A program made the translations under genes and the position numbers. The notes under the pieces are model-generated. The model saw only the letters and a list, made by a program, of their open reading frames with translations, searched no databases and was not told where the DNA came from. 64,000 bases of DNA from a virus: positions 10,229 through 74,228 of the IMG/VR virus record IMGVR_UViG_3300035698_014070; one strand, 5' to 3'. Below are positions 28,411 to 37,988 of this stretch, piece by piece; the first letter of the stretch is position 1; each line of letters starts with the position of its first letter.

Positions 28411-29518
28411 TGATTTTGGTCTCGCGTCGTTAGCAATAGCGGCATAGTTAAAACTACTCAATTGCTGGGACACCCTAACAAGTAGTGTTGAGGGCAATCA
28501 GCAGCTGCTAGTATGAAAAGTAAAATGATTAGTGAAAATATAAAATATTGTGAATGTGGTTGTGGAACGCCGATTAAGCCAGCAAATAGATTTGTTAGTG
28601 GTCATAATCGACGTGGAACTAAAAATACTCCTGAGCATAATTTAGCGATAAGTCAGTATAATAAACTCCATAATCCAGCTACAAATAAAGAAACAGCAGT
28701 AAAGATTTCAAAAGCATTGACTGGAAAAAAACAATCATTAGAAACTAGATTAAAAAGATCTAAGTCTTTAACAAATAATCCTAAAGTTATTGCTTCTAGA
28801 ATAGGTAATCAAAATAGAAAAGGAACAACTACAAGTAGCAAAGCTCGTAAGAATATGAGTAATAGTGCTAAAAATAAAGCTTTTTCTGATTCACACAAAG
28901 AAGCAATAAGTAATGGATTGATTAAGTATTTTTCAGTTATAGAGAATAGAATAAAAAGAGTAAAAGAAATTAGTAATAGAATTCAACTTAAAGGTTATCA
29001 GTATAAAAATGGATACTTAAAAATGTCTAATTTTAACCGCAAGTTGTTTTACCGTTCTTCTTATGAAAAGCTAGCTCTTATTATTCTTGATACTAAGTAT
29101 AATGAAATAAAAGATATTTTCACAGAATGTATTCATATTCCATATAAAAACGCAGATGGTTCAACGCGTGTTTACACTCCTGATATTTTTGTTAAAATGA
29201 ATAAAGGGAAAGATATACTTATTGAAGTAAAACCAAATTGCTTTGTTAATAATTCTGATGTTGTTAGAAAAACAGAAGCAGGAATTTTTTGGGCAAAGCA
29301 AAACAACGTTACGTTTTGTATATGGACTGAAGATATTCTTCATAATAGTAGTTCAACGACTACGTGTTTACAAGAGATTGTAAATGCTACGGTAGTCTAC
29401 CCACGTGGTAGAAGGTATAGTCTGAACTCAATGGAAACATTGAGAAGGGAGCAGAAATGACTCTCTCGCTTATTAATATTTTAGCGACTTTGTTAATAAG
29501 TTTACAAGTAACAGATTG
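28411..29518 (+). mobile_element. Group I intron (1108 nt) in the major capsid gene
   Basis: P1: exon GCGAGAT pairs with IGS GTCTCGC (28419-25) with U-G at the splice site. P AATTGCTGGGA (28460), Q AATCAGCAG (28496), R GTTCAACGACTA (29351), S AAGGTATAGTCT (29412), GAAA-capped P9, terminal G 29518. Splicing restores GGE-I-KFEIDR in frame. Confidence 0.92.
28513..29460 (+). CDS. Intron-encoded endonuclease: CECGCG + NUMOD3-like repeats + TnsA N-terminal-like PD-(D/E)xK domain
   Basis: YCECGCG; ISKALTGKKQSLETRLKRS; YRSSYE...IPY...YTPDIFV...LIEVKP. Confidence 0.8.
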   Translation: MKSKMISENIKYCECGCGTPIKPANRFVSGHNRRGTKNTPEHNLAISQYNKLHNPATNKETAVKISKALTGKKQSLETRLKRSKSLTNNPKVIASRIGNQNRKGTTTSSKARKNMSNSAKNKAFSDSHKEAISNGLIKYFSVIENRIKRVKEISNRIQLKGYQYKNGYLKMSNFNRKLFYRSSYEKLALIILDTKYNEIKDIFTECIHIPYKNADGSTRVYTPDIFVKMNKGKDILIEVKPNCFVNNSDVVRKTEAGIFWAKQNNVTFCIWTEDILHNSSSTTTCLQEIVNATVVYPRGRRYSLNSMETLRREQK

Positions 29519-30074
29519 CAAGTTTGAAATTGATCGCTATGGGCTTACTGCTATTGCAGCTGCTGCGACTGGTTCGAGTGCTGCGACAGCGATTGGTACT
29601 TGGACTGGTACTCCTACTACTGGTGAGTCTTGGGTATTCAAGAAATACGAGTGGTTGGATAAATTGGAAGTAGGTAATAACAATATTATCAGCAAAACAA
29701 AGAGAGCTAATGCTAACTTTATTATCTGCGGTAATAATGTTGCTCGTCTGATTCGTCAGATGGAAGGGCATTTTGTTCCTGCTTCTGGTCTTGATAAGAA
29801 TATTCCTACTGGTCCATTTGAGTTAGGTACATTGAATGGTCGTATGGTTATACAAGATCCGTTTATGACGACAGATCGTTATATCATGGGATTCCGCGGT
29901 GATAACTATCTGTTTGCTGGCGCTATATACGCTCCGTATATTCCGCTGTTTGCAACGCCTACAGTTATTCTTGGAAATCTGCAAGCACAAAAGGGCTTTA
30001 TGAGTTCTGCTGGTTTCAAGGTAATTAATGCGGGTATGTATACGTATGGTGATATCGATTTGTCCGGTATTTAA
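29519..30074 (+). CDS. Major capsid protein, exon 2
   Basis: KFEIDR, ANFIICG, GTLNGR..V.QDP, GFRG, AGAIYAPYIP (gp23 C-terminal motifs). Spliced protein is 493 aa. Confidence 0.9.
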
Positions 30075-30083
30075 AAATTAATA

Positions 30084-30125
30084 GTTGTGGAGTAGTTTAC
30101 TAAATATATGTAGCTACTCCACAAC
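30084..30125 (+). terminator. Stem-loop after the capsid gene (terminator or RNA stabiliser)
   Basis: Perfect 12-bp inverted repeat GTTGTGGAGTAG / CTACTCCACAAC; no U-tract. Confidence 0.55.
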
Positions 30126-30148
30126 ATACTATTACGAAAGGTAGAGCA

Positions 30149-30604
30149 ATGATCGAACGTATTGTTAAAGCAAGAAAGAATGTGTCGTTAAAAACACGTA
30201 TAGATATATACGAATTAGAAAAAGATGAAATTGCAATAATAGGATTTAACAATTTAAAAGAATATAAAACAATAATGAGTTTACATCATGTCATTGGTCC
30301 AGCAACTAATGAGGAACTAAGTATATGGAAAAAACAATTTTTACCAATTATACCAAGTAATATAGATAACTTTGATCAAACAATTGTTAAAGAAGTTACA
30401 AATATAAAACCAGTAAAACCTATAGTTCCAGTAAAGGTTGAAGAAGTAAAACCTATAGTTCCAGTAAAGATTGAAAAGGTAGAGGCTGAAGAGCCAATTC
30501 ATGTAAGTGGTATTTCTGTATGTCCTGTTTGTGGAAGAAGGAAAGCAAAAAGCAGAACGTATTGTAAAAAGTGCTCTGAAAAATTAGAAGATAGCAAAGA
30601 GTAA
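30149..30604 (+). CDS. Hypothetical protein with VKPIVPVK duplication and C-terminal zinc ribbon
   Basis: CPVCG...YCKKC. Confidence 0.6.
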   Translation: MIERIVKARKNVSLKTRIDIYELEKDEIAIIGFNNLKEYKTIMSLHHVIGPATNEELSIWKKQFLPIIPSNIDNFDQTIVKEVTNIKPVKPIVPVKVEEVKPIVPVKIEKVEAEEPIHVSGISVCPVCGRRKAKSRTYCKKCSEKLEDSKE

Positions 30605-30607
30605 ATT

Positions 30608-31720
30608 ATGTCTATTACTGTAAATAGTGATTCATCATCATTTGTTGATAAAGATTTAAGTGATTCAATACAGTTAATTTCTTTTGTTGCTGATAAAGAA
30701 TATATTGTATCTATTCGTGCAGATTTAGGTAGTACAAGTGAATCTACTTCTGGTCCACTAAACACAAACAGTGGTGATACAACTTATATAATCAAAGCAA
30801 AAATAACACACACTGATTTATCTGTGTCAGAAACATTTGTAAAGACTGTTACAAAAGAATCTGAATTAACTCAGATTTCATACAACTTTGATAGAACTAT
30901 ATATTTACAAGAGAATGAAACGTTAACAGTGTGGGCTGAGTCAAGCGATGCGACAGATACATCTATTAGTGGTGATATATATATTGCAGCAGTAAGAGCC
31001 GCAGGTGGTGGCGCTCTTTTATCAATGGAACGCGCCGATGTTTTAGGTTGGTTAGAAATAGAATTTGCTCCATTAACACTAGCTACTCCTGATGATACTA
31101 TTTATCAGATTGTAGAAAACGCTATTAGATATTGGAATACACATTCTGCTTATAAAATTAGTCGTGTATATGATTATGATATTACTAACAGCAGATACAG
31201 AATGCAGCTAGATACAGATTTTAAAAATGTGTTTGAAGTATATCCAACAACGTCTACTACATGGATATGGAATAATCATCCTATGTGGACATTACTAGGA
31301 TTAACTATTCTTGATAATGTAACATCTGATTTGATTATAATGTCAGAAGCATTTAAAAATTATAAGAAATATGTTGGATCAAATTTTGCATGGAAATGGG
31401 AACGTTCTACAGATTCATCAACTGGCGGTTATTTATATGTAGATAATGTACCATCAGGTGTTAGTTCTTTGTTTGTTGTAGGCAGCAAACGAATTCGCAG
31501 TACTGATAGTATTCAAGATGATTATATTCTTGATTGGATACTGAATTATTCAAAAGCTTTGTTGAAACAAATTGAAGGAAACACTTTACGTAAAGGCGAT
31601 CTTATTGGATTGCACAATGATGGTGGTGATATGATAAGTGAAGGAAAAACTGAACAAGAAGAAATGAAAGAATCACTAGCAAGAGAGGGACGCTGGGCGG
31701 CGCTAGCTGCGCGTTTTTGA
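30608..31720 (+). CDS. Neck protein (T4 gp13-like) with an extra N-terminal beta domain
   Basis: WILNYSKALLKQIEG..LRK...DGGDMISEGKTE resembles the gp13 C-terminal region. Confidence 0.65.
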   Translation: MSITVNSDSSSFVDKDLSDSIQLISFVADKEYIVSIRADLGSTSESTSGPLNTNSGDTTYIIKAKITHTDLSVSETFVKTVTKESELTQISYNFDRTIYLQENETLTVWAESSDATDTSISGDIYIAAVRAAGGGALLSMERADVLGWLEIEFAPLTLATPDDTIYQIVENAIRYWNTHSAYKISRVYDYDITNSRYRMQLDTDFKNVFEVYPTTSTTWIWNNHPMWTLLGLTILDNVTSDLIIMSEAFKNYKKYVGSNFAWKWERSTDSSTGGYLYVDNVPSGVSSLFVVGSKRIRSTDSIQDDYILDWILNYSKALLKQIEGNTLRKGDLIGLHNDGGDMISEGKTEQEEMKESLAREGRWAALAARF

Positions 31721-31732
31721 GAAAGCAGTAAA

Positions 31733-31820
31733 ATGTCTATAGGTACATACAAAAGAACAGTTGAACATAAGAAAAGAATTTGATATATTAAGAGATAAAA
31801 GTTCTTTAAGAGATATTTAA
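31733..31820 (+). pseudogene. Deletion remnant: NUMOD3-like N-terminus plus orphan SLRDI tail
   Basis: MSIGTYKRTVEHKKRI* (31733-31783); overlapping other frame reads ...FDILRDKSSLRDI* (to 31820). Confidence 0.45.
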
Positions 31821-32455
31821 TGATACAATTTATTAATATTATTATTGAAGCTACTCATGGTGAGATACAGCAAAAGCAGCGTACTATAACAAAGTTGTTT
31901 CCACAGTTTCCTGATAGGTTACAAAAAGTAGCAGATAATGGTGGTGTTAAATTAGAAGAAATGGAGCCAGATAAGTGGCACTTTTATGTAGCAAGTGGTA
32001 CAGAAAAAGGAACAGAGTATCATAATTATGTGAAGTTTGTAAACCTGAAACCATTGCTTCGTAAATATATTGCGAGTGACGCTGTATGGAATAAAGCAGG
32101 TAGTGCAGTTGATTATCAAAAGTTAGCACGTTTGTTATTAGATAATATGGATTTAAGATTATTATGCACGTGTCCCGCGTTTCAATATTGGGGATCTGCT
32201 TATACATTAAGTCGTTCTAAATATGATGCAAAGTATGGTAGAAGAGAGCGTAGACCTCCAAATATACGAAATCCTAAAGAACATGGTTCTATGTGTAAAC
32301 ATATGCACCAAGTTATGCGCGTGTTACCATTTTATAATAGTACATTCGCAAAATATTTAAAAGAGTATCATAAAACTTATATTGAACAACTTACTAAGAA
32401 AGCTTTAAAGCTAAAAGAAAAGCCAGAAGAAGATAAAGAGAAAAAAGAAAAGTAA
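31820..32455 (+). CDS. SWIM-type zinc finger protein
   Basis: CTCPAFQYWG...RNP...MCKH. Confidence 0.7.
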   Translation: MIQFINIIIEATHGEIQQKQRTITKLFPQFPDRLQKVADNGGVKLEEMEPDKWHFYVASGTEKGTEYHNYVKFVNLKPLLRKYIASDAVWNKAGSAVDYQKLARLLLDNMDLRLLCTCPAFQYWGSAYTLSRSKYDAKYGRRERRPPNIRNPKEHGSMCKHMHQVMRVLPFYNSTFAKYLKEYHKTYIEQLTKKALKLKEKPEEDKEKKEK

Positions 32456-32475
32456 ATCTTTAAGAGATATTTAAT

Positions 32476-33849
32476 ATGATAAATATACATGAACTATTAC
32501 AACGAGTATTTGAAGCAGATATTGTACAACCAGAGCGTCCTCAACCAATAGCTCCACCTGCTCCTAATAGAACTACACCACCTGAGCGTAGAAAAAGTCC
32601 TATTAAACCTATACCTGGTAAACATCCAAAACCTAAAGGTAATAAAGATGTAGAGCTGTTTTTAAAGAAACGCGGTATTGTAAATGAGATGGCTTTTGAT
32701 CCAGGTGCGTTTAAAGATATTACTGATCCAAGCAAACGAGCGTGGATAGAAACCGGTACAGAAGATCTTAGTGAGATATTACCAGATGCAACAGATTCGC
32801 AACAAAGTTATCTTGAGATGGTTACATCAAAATCATATATAGAAATGTTAAATCGTGTTGAACGTTATACTGGCTTAAATGTGGATGATATTGATGTTCC
32901 TCAATTAATTGGTTTATTGTTTCAATCAATGAATACTGCTGCAGAAATAGAAAAAAACAATATTAATGCTTTAGAAAATATTGCGTTAATGAGCGTATTA
33001 AGTTTAGACGAATTTTCAATGGTGAAAGATTTATATGATAACGATGAAGTAAAATTTGATATAGAATTAATGAGTAGAGATAAACCGCTTGATATTGACT
33101 TAATGCAGCAGCATGACGAAGAACAAAATCCAGATGATAATGGATTGACAGACAATGAAGAAACAAATCTAGAATTGGCAGATGAGCTTATTAGTTCTGA
33201 TAACACTAAAATGAAAAGACGTTTAGCAGATCTTTTAATACAAGGAAATGCTGTAAGTAAATTGTATCTATTTAATGTAGTTCGTGATAAATTGAATGCT
33301 ATAGACGAAAGACTTCCTGCTTTATATGGAATAGCTGCTACAATGACGCAGCTTGGTTATTGGGTAACTCCATTTGGTATTGAAGAAATGTCAGCATCAG
33401 CAGAAGAAATGACAGGTGGAGCAGAAGAAGTAATTCCTAGTGGAGATATATACGTAATTAAAGCACGTGGACAAATATTTCCAATGTTAGTGCATGAAAT
33501 TGTTAAAGGAATATATGAATACATTTCTTTAAACAATGATATTGGTACAGCCAGTGGTGGGTTACGTCAAGAAACCGAAGATATTATTGTTGGACCAGAG
33601 ATTGCGAAGACATTAAAATCTTATGTTCCACTTGATCAGCAAGAGTTATTGCCATTAGTTCATAAATTATTTTTAGAACTATCACAATCTGATATTAAGA
33701 ATGTACTCGCAAAAAATTCACAAGGTAAAAGTACTATGGATGAATTGCTTAAACAGGCTGAAGAGCAGTGGGATGAATATAATAAAGAAGAAAATGAGTA
33801 TGAAGATGAAGGTGAAGAACCCGAAGAGTTTGGAGAACAAGGTGAATAA
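32476..33849 (+). CDS. Putative head-associated hypothetical protein
   Basis: Leader ..HELLQRVFE; Pro-rich linker; RRLADLLIQG and IKARG..FPMLVHEIVKG. Confidence 0.6.
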   Translation: MINIHELLQRVFEADIVQPERPQPIAPPAPNRTTPPERRKSPIKPIPGKHPKPKGNKDVELFLKKRGIVNEMAFDPGAFKDITDPSKRAWIETGTEDLSEILPDATDSQQSYLEMVTSKSYIEMLNRVERYTGLNVDDIDVPQLIGLLFQSMNTAAEIEKNNINALENIALMSVLSLDEFSMVKDLYDNDEVKFDIELMSRDKPLDIDLMQQHDEEQNPDDNGLTDNEETNLELADELISSDNTKMKRRLADLLIQGNAVSKLYLFNVVRDKLNAIDERLPALYGIAATMTQLGYWVTPFGIEEMSASAEEMTGGAEEVIPSGDIYVIKARGQIFPMLVHEIVKGIYEYISLNNDIGTASGGLRQETEDIIVGPEIAKTLKSYVPLDQQELLPLVHKLFLELSQSDIKNVLAKNSQGKSTMDELLKQAEEQWDEYNKEENEYEDEGEEPEEFGEQGE

Positions 33850-34727
33850 TGAGTGTATATAGTATTGCAAATAATGTTGTTGAAAATATGAAAGTAAAAG
33901 AAGCAACTAGTATGAGTAACATTGCATATGTAGCAGGCGGATTTGGAACAGTTAAAACAGCTTTAAAAATATTATCACAAATGAAAGATGATTGGGGAGT
34001 TGAAGTATTAGAAGGAGAAGAAGAAACATATAATGTAAAGATAGAAGATTCTTTAATAATATCAGTACCTAAAGATTTGTGGGAAGAATTTGCTATAGAA
34101 ATGTTTGGTAATAAAATCAATGTAAAAAATATGAATTTAGCAAAATATTTAGAAGAATCTATAGTAGATTGTAATAAAGATTTACTTCGTAAAGTAAAAG
34201 CATCTGTAAAAAAATTGTATAAACAAAAACCGTATTCTATTATGGAGAGAAACATAAAAATATGGAGAGCTTTATTTGGAGCAACTCGATTTATTACAAC
34301 TCCAAAAACATGTATACCTGTAGAATCAAAAATTAAATCTTCTAAGTATCTTTGCAAAACTATTGAAAGTGCTTATGGTAAAGACAGAGGTATGCTTGAA
34401 ATGCTTTTATCCGCACTGTCTAAAGGGAAAAGTTTAATAGATTTTGATGTGTTTGAAAATTATGATAAAATAACTGGTACTGTTATTTATATTCGTAAAG
34501 ATAATACTGTTTTTACATATGAATCTTCTATAGATTTAAATGGAAAGTTAACTGAAACAATTAGAGTAACTGATAAAGACGTGCTTGAATCATTAAAAGA
34601 ATCTAGATTTGGAAGACGAAATAAAAACATTGTTTCACCAAAGGGAGATTTTTTTACAAATAAAGAATTTAAAAACTTTAAAGCAATTATACAGGATGTA
34701 AATGATGAAACAAATAACAGAAGCTAA
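33849..34727 (+). CDS. Hypothetical protein
   Basis: Long coupled ORF. Confidence 0.6.
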   Translation: MSVYSIANNVVENMKVKEATSMSNIAYVAGGFGTVKTALKILSQMKDDWGVEVLEGEEETYNVKIEDSLIISVPKDLWEEFAIEMFGNKINVKNMNLAKYLEESIVDCNKDLLRKVKASVKKLYKQKPYSIMERNIKIWRALFGATRFITTPKTCIPVESKIKSSKYLCKTIESAYGKDRGMLEMLLSALSKGKSLIDFDVFENYDKITGTVIYIRKDNTVFTYESSIDLNGKLTETIRVTDKDVLESLKESRFGRRNKNIVSPKGDFFTNKEFKNFKAIIQDVNDETNNRS

Positions 34728-35145
34728 AGACGTCACTATTTACAAGAACTTGCTTCGTCAACTTGGAGATTACGCTACATCAAATCAAATGACTGGTGTA
34801 TCTAAGTTGTTTCAGCAAGTTATAGATGGTGGAATAAAGGTATTACCAAAAGATGATAGAGCTTTATCAATTATTGATAGAACAATTATATCTGCAGCAA
34901 ATCCAGCTTCTTCAGTGCAGAAGTTTTTAAATGTACGTTTTTCAGATTTGTCTATTGATTTACGTCCTATTGTTAAAAATGGCCGTAGAAAAGAAGTTGC
35001 TTTTTGGTGTCGTAATGGTGAAGTATTTGATAAGGTTTGTGATCTTATTAGCTTTAGTGGTAAGGGCAGATCAGGGTACTGGTGTAATATTCGCGGTGAC
35101 AAAATGGAACTATTGGATATCAGTTTTGAAGAAGTGGTGGTATAA
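34702..35145 (+). CDS. Hypothetical protein
   Basis: ORF track; starts MKQITEA. Confidence 0.55.
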   Translation: MMKQITEAKDVTIYKNLLRQLGDYATSNQMTGVSKLFQQVIDGGIKVLPKDDRALSIIDRTIISAANPASSVQKFLNVRFSDLSIDLRPIVKNGRRKEVAFWCRNGEVFDKVCDLISFSGKGRSGYWCNIRGDKMELLDISFEEVVV

Positions 35146-35146
35146 C

Positions 35147-36679
35147 ATGGGTAATCAAATAAATCCAGCTGATTTAATTTCGTACTTAAATGAAAATATT
35201 TCTTTTGAATCTAAGAAGCGGGTTAGTGAAACGCGTGGAGAAGGTAGAGGAGTAGGTGGTCCTACACAGCGTGATGGTGGTACGACTGTTTGTGTATGTC
35301 CACAATGTGGTAGTGAATGGAATCATCAGAAAGGTACTCCATGTTCACAGCAGCTTTGTCCTACTTGTAATGTTAAACTTCAAGGAAAAGCTTTTCATGA
35401 AATAAGCGCACCTATTAATAAAAAGTCTGTTGAATCTAAAACAGAAGAAAGCGCTGAAAAAAAGAAAGAAGAAGCAATTACACTTTCTTTTAACAAGAAA
35501 GCAAAAGGAACTGGTTTTACTTTAGAAAAATTAAAAAAAGGTTCGGGATATGAAATAAAGTATGATATTAATTCAGATAATTTTAATAAGAAAACAAAAG
35601 AAAGTGCTGAAAAAGAAGAAAAATCTGATACACAAAGTATAGGCATATCTTCCAGTGAATCTGTTTGGCAGTGTAATGAATGTGGAGAGGTACTTGAGTA
35701 TAGTTATTTAATTGATCCAAAGATTATGATATGTACTGAATGTAACAGTAAATCGCTTACATTAGTATATCCATTACGCGAGCAGAGAGGTGAGAGTGGT
35801 CTTCCAGATAAAGAGTATTTCTTTTTGCTTGGAATGATTGATGATAAGATTGATGAGATTACTCGTACAATGTACGATGATTATAAATTTGATAACGCTA
35901 TTTCACCAGATGCGGTTGTAGAATGGATTATGGATAATAAGTTAGAGGATATTGAAATACTTCGTAAAGAAGATAGATTAGCTGATGCAGCAGAATTTGT
36001 AATAGATGCCATGGTTGGCGTAGGAGCGGCCTTGCCAAAAGGAAGTATAGAACCTAAAGAAGAGGAAGAAGCACCAGCTGAGGGTGACCAGGATGATGAG
36101 TCAGAACCTGAAGAGCCAGTTGATGAAGAACCAGCACAAAATGATGAAGAAAAACCTGAAGAATCAGTAAAAGAAGCAGATACTGATAATATGAAAGTAA
36201 TTGCTAGAGGTATTCCTAATAAAGATGCTGCTGAAGATATTGCAAAGAATCACGTTGGCGCAGTTGTATCTACAGACGATAAAGATCCAAAGATGTTGAT
36301 GGTGTTAATTAAAGAAGTTAATGAAAAAGAAATAAAAGAAAGTTCAGAAAGCACATATACATATAATGTTGAAGTAGAAGTATTTGGTGGACCAAATGGA
36401 GTAGAGCAAGTTAATCCATCAGTAAGTATAGATTACATGATTGAACAAGAATATCGTAGTTGGGGCATTAAAGAAATAGAAGTATCTATTATAACTAATC
36501 CTATTACATTTTGGATGAAAGATGGAGAAAGGGATATAAAAGTTCAAGTACCTTCTGAAAATATAGATATTGATTGGATGCCAGGAACAGCGTATGTTCC
36601 TGATAATATAGAAGTGCATTTAAATGCTGATGGTAAATATGAAAATTGTACTTTAAATATGTACTACTTAAAGAAGTAA
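35147..36679 (+). CDS. Multi-domain acidic protein with two Cys-rich modules
   Basis: Start reassigned to ATG 35147; CVCPQCG..H..GTPC...CPTC and CNECG...CTEC. Confidence 0.65.
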   Translation: MGNQINPADLISYLNENISFESKKRVSETRGEGRGVGGPTQRDGGTTVCVCPQCGSEWNHQKGTPCSQQLCPTCNVKLQGKAFHEISAPINKKSVESKTEESAEKKKEEAITLSFNKKAKGTGFTLEKLKKGSGYEIKYDINSDNFNKKTKESAEKEEKSDTQSIGISSSESVWQCNECGEVLEYSYLIDPKIMICTECNSKSLTLVYPLREQRGESGLPDKEYFFLLGMIDDKIDEITRTMYDDYKFDNAISPDAVVEWIMDNKLEDIEILRKEDRLADAAEFVIDAMVGVGAALPKGSIEPKEEEEAPAEGDQDDESEPEEPVDEEPAQNDEEKPEESVKEADTDNMKVIARGIPNKDAAEDIAKNHVGAVVSTDDKDPKMLMVLIKEVNEKEIKESSESTYTYNVEVEVFGGPNGVEQVNPSVSIDYMIEQEYRSWGIKEIEVSIITNPITFWMKDGERDIKVQVPSENIDIDWMPGTAYVPDNIEVHLNADGKYENCTLNMYYLKK

Positions 36680-36688
36680 AGATATATT

Positions 36689-37618
36689 GTGGATTATGAA
36701 TTATATAAAAAATTGTTTTACACAGTAAATGAGCAGACATCTGATTCTAATTATGAACCTTCTCGTGATTTTTTAGATGGAGTAGATAAAATATTTTTGT
36801 CTTTTTCAGAAGAAGAGTGCGAATGGATAGAACAAAACCGCTACTTTTTTTCTGCTAGTAAAATGATTGCTGGCAGTAAAAAAAATGAAGATGGAACATA
36901 TGATTCTAATGTAGATTTAGATTTTAGCAATAAAAAATTTAAAGATGGGAAGTTACCGTTTAAATTAAATAAAGTAAATGGCAGTTTTAAAGTTTTTGAT
37001 TGTGGATTAACAACATTAGAAGGTTGTCCTAAAATAGTTACTAAATTGTTTAGTTGTTTTAAAAATAATCTTACATCATTAAAAGGAGGTCCTGAAGAAG
37101 TTGGAATGCACTATTCTTGCATGGCAAATAAACTTAAATCTTTAGAGTTTCTTCCTAAAAAACTTAGGAGTTTAGATTGTTCAATTAATAAATTACGTTC
37201 ATTAGATAATTTTGTTCCTAATGAATTATCTTCTTTTAGTTGTTTTAAAAATAATCTTACATCATTAAAAGGTAGCCCAACAAAAATAATTAGTTATTTT
37301 GATTGCAGTAGCAATAAACTAACTTCATTAGAAGATGGACCTAGATACGTAGGTGGGGGTTATATTTGTGCAAGAAATAAATTAATATCTTTAAAAGGAG
37401 CTCCTAAATCTATTACTGTAAGTGAAGGGTTTAGTAATTTTAATTGTTCGCATAATGAGTTAACATCATTAGAATTTGCTCCACAATACGTATCTGGAAC
37501 TTTTGATTGTAGTAAAAATAAACTAACTTCTTATGAATTTATACCTAAAAAAGTAAAAAAAGTTATTAGTAAAGGTAATCCAATAACATACGAACAATGG
37601 ATAAAACAAAATGAGTAA
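36689..37618 (+). CDS. Leucine-rich repeat protein (LTSLxGxPxxV type)
   Basis: About 9 divergent 20-26 aa repeats F.C..N.LTSL.G.P. Confidence 0.85.
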   Translation: MDYELYKKLFYTVNEQTSDSNYEPSRDFLDGVDKIFLSFSEEECEWIEQNRYFFSASKMIAGSKKNEDGTYDSNVDLDFSNKKFKDGKLPFKLNKVNGSFKVFDCGLTTLEGCPKIVTKLFSCFKNNLTSLKGGPEEVGMHYSCMANKLKSLEFLPKKLRSLDCSINKLRSLDNFVPNELSSFSCFKNNLTSLKGSPTKIISYFDCSSNKLTSLEDGPRYVGGGYICARNKLISLKGAPKSITVSEGFSNFNCSHNELTSLEFAPQYVSGTFDCSKNKLTSYEFIPKKVKKVISKGNPITYEQWIKQNE

Positions 37619-37979
37619 AAAAAATCCAATACAAAGAAAACCATATGAGCCTGATAAAAGTGAATATCAAATAGCGGTAGATTCGCGTAATTACTTCGTG
37701 GTAAGTCCAAAAACAATAAACGCTGCTATTTTTTTTGGTAAAGGCACTAATTGGAGTATTTCTACACCTGATTTAAAATACAATACATTATATGATGGAT
37801 TTATGCTTTTTGAAAAATATTATATTGTAATTAGAAAACACGATGCTAGAAAATGGTTAGTTATAGCGTTTTCTGATGGAGCTACCGAAACTTATGATGA
37901 GCACTTTACAAGTATTGATGATTATTTAATGATAATAAAAGCAGTAAATCAAGATATAGATGCTGATAAGCGCAAATAA
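37611..37979 (+). CDS. Small paralog of the WCT-type domain in 11114..12487
   Basis: AAIFFGKGTNWSIS resembles EASKKYGAGAPWCT. Confidence 0.5.
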   Translation: MSKKNPIQRKPYEPDKSEYQIAVDSRNYFVVSPKTINAAIFFGKGTNWSISTPDLKYNTLYDGFMLFEKYYIVIRKHDARKWLVIAFSDGATETYDEHFTSIDDYLMIIKAVNQDIDADKRK

Positions 37980-37988
37980 AATTAATAA

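Noticed and set aside
29457-29518. Independent gene starting MTLSLINILATLL (signal-peptide-like)
   Set aside because: These codons are intron P9-region sequence; the capsid homology starts at KFEIDR.
28411-29518. Intein or genuinely split capsid gene
   Set aside because: The insertion breaks the reading frame and has group I RNA motifs, not intein blocks.
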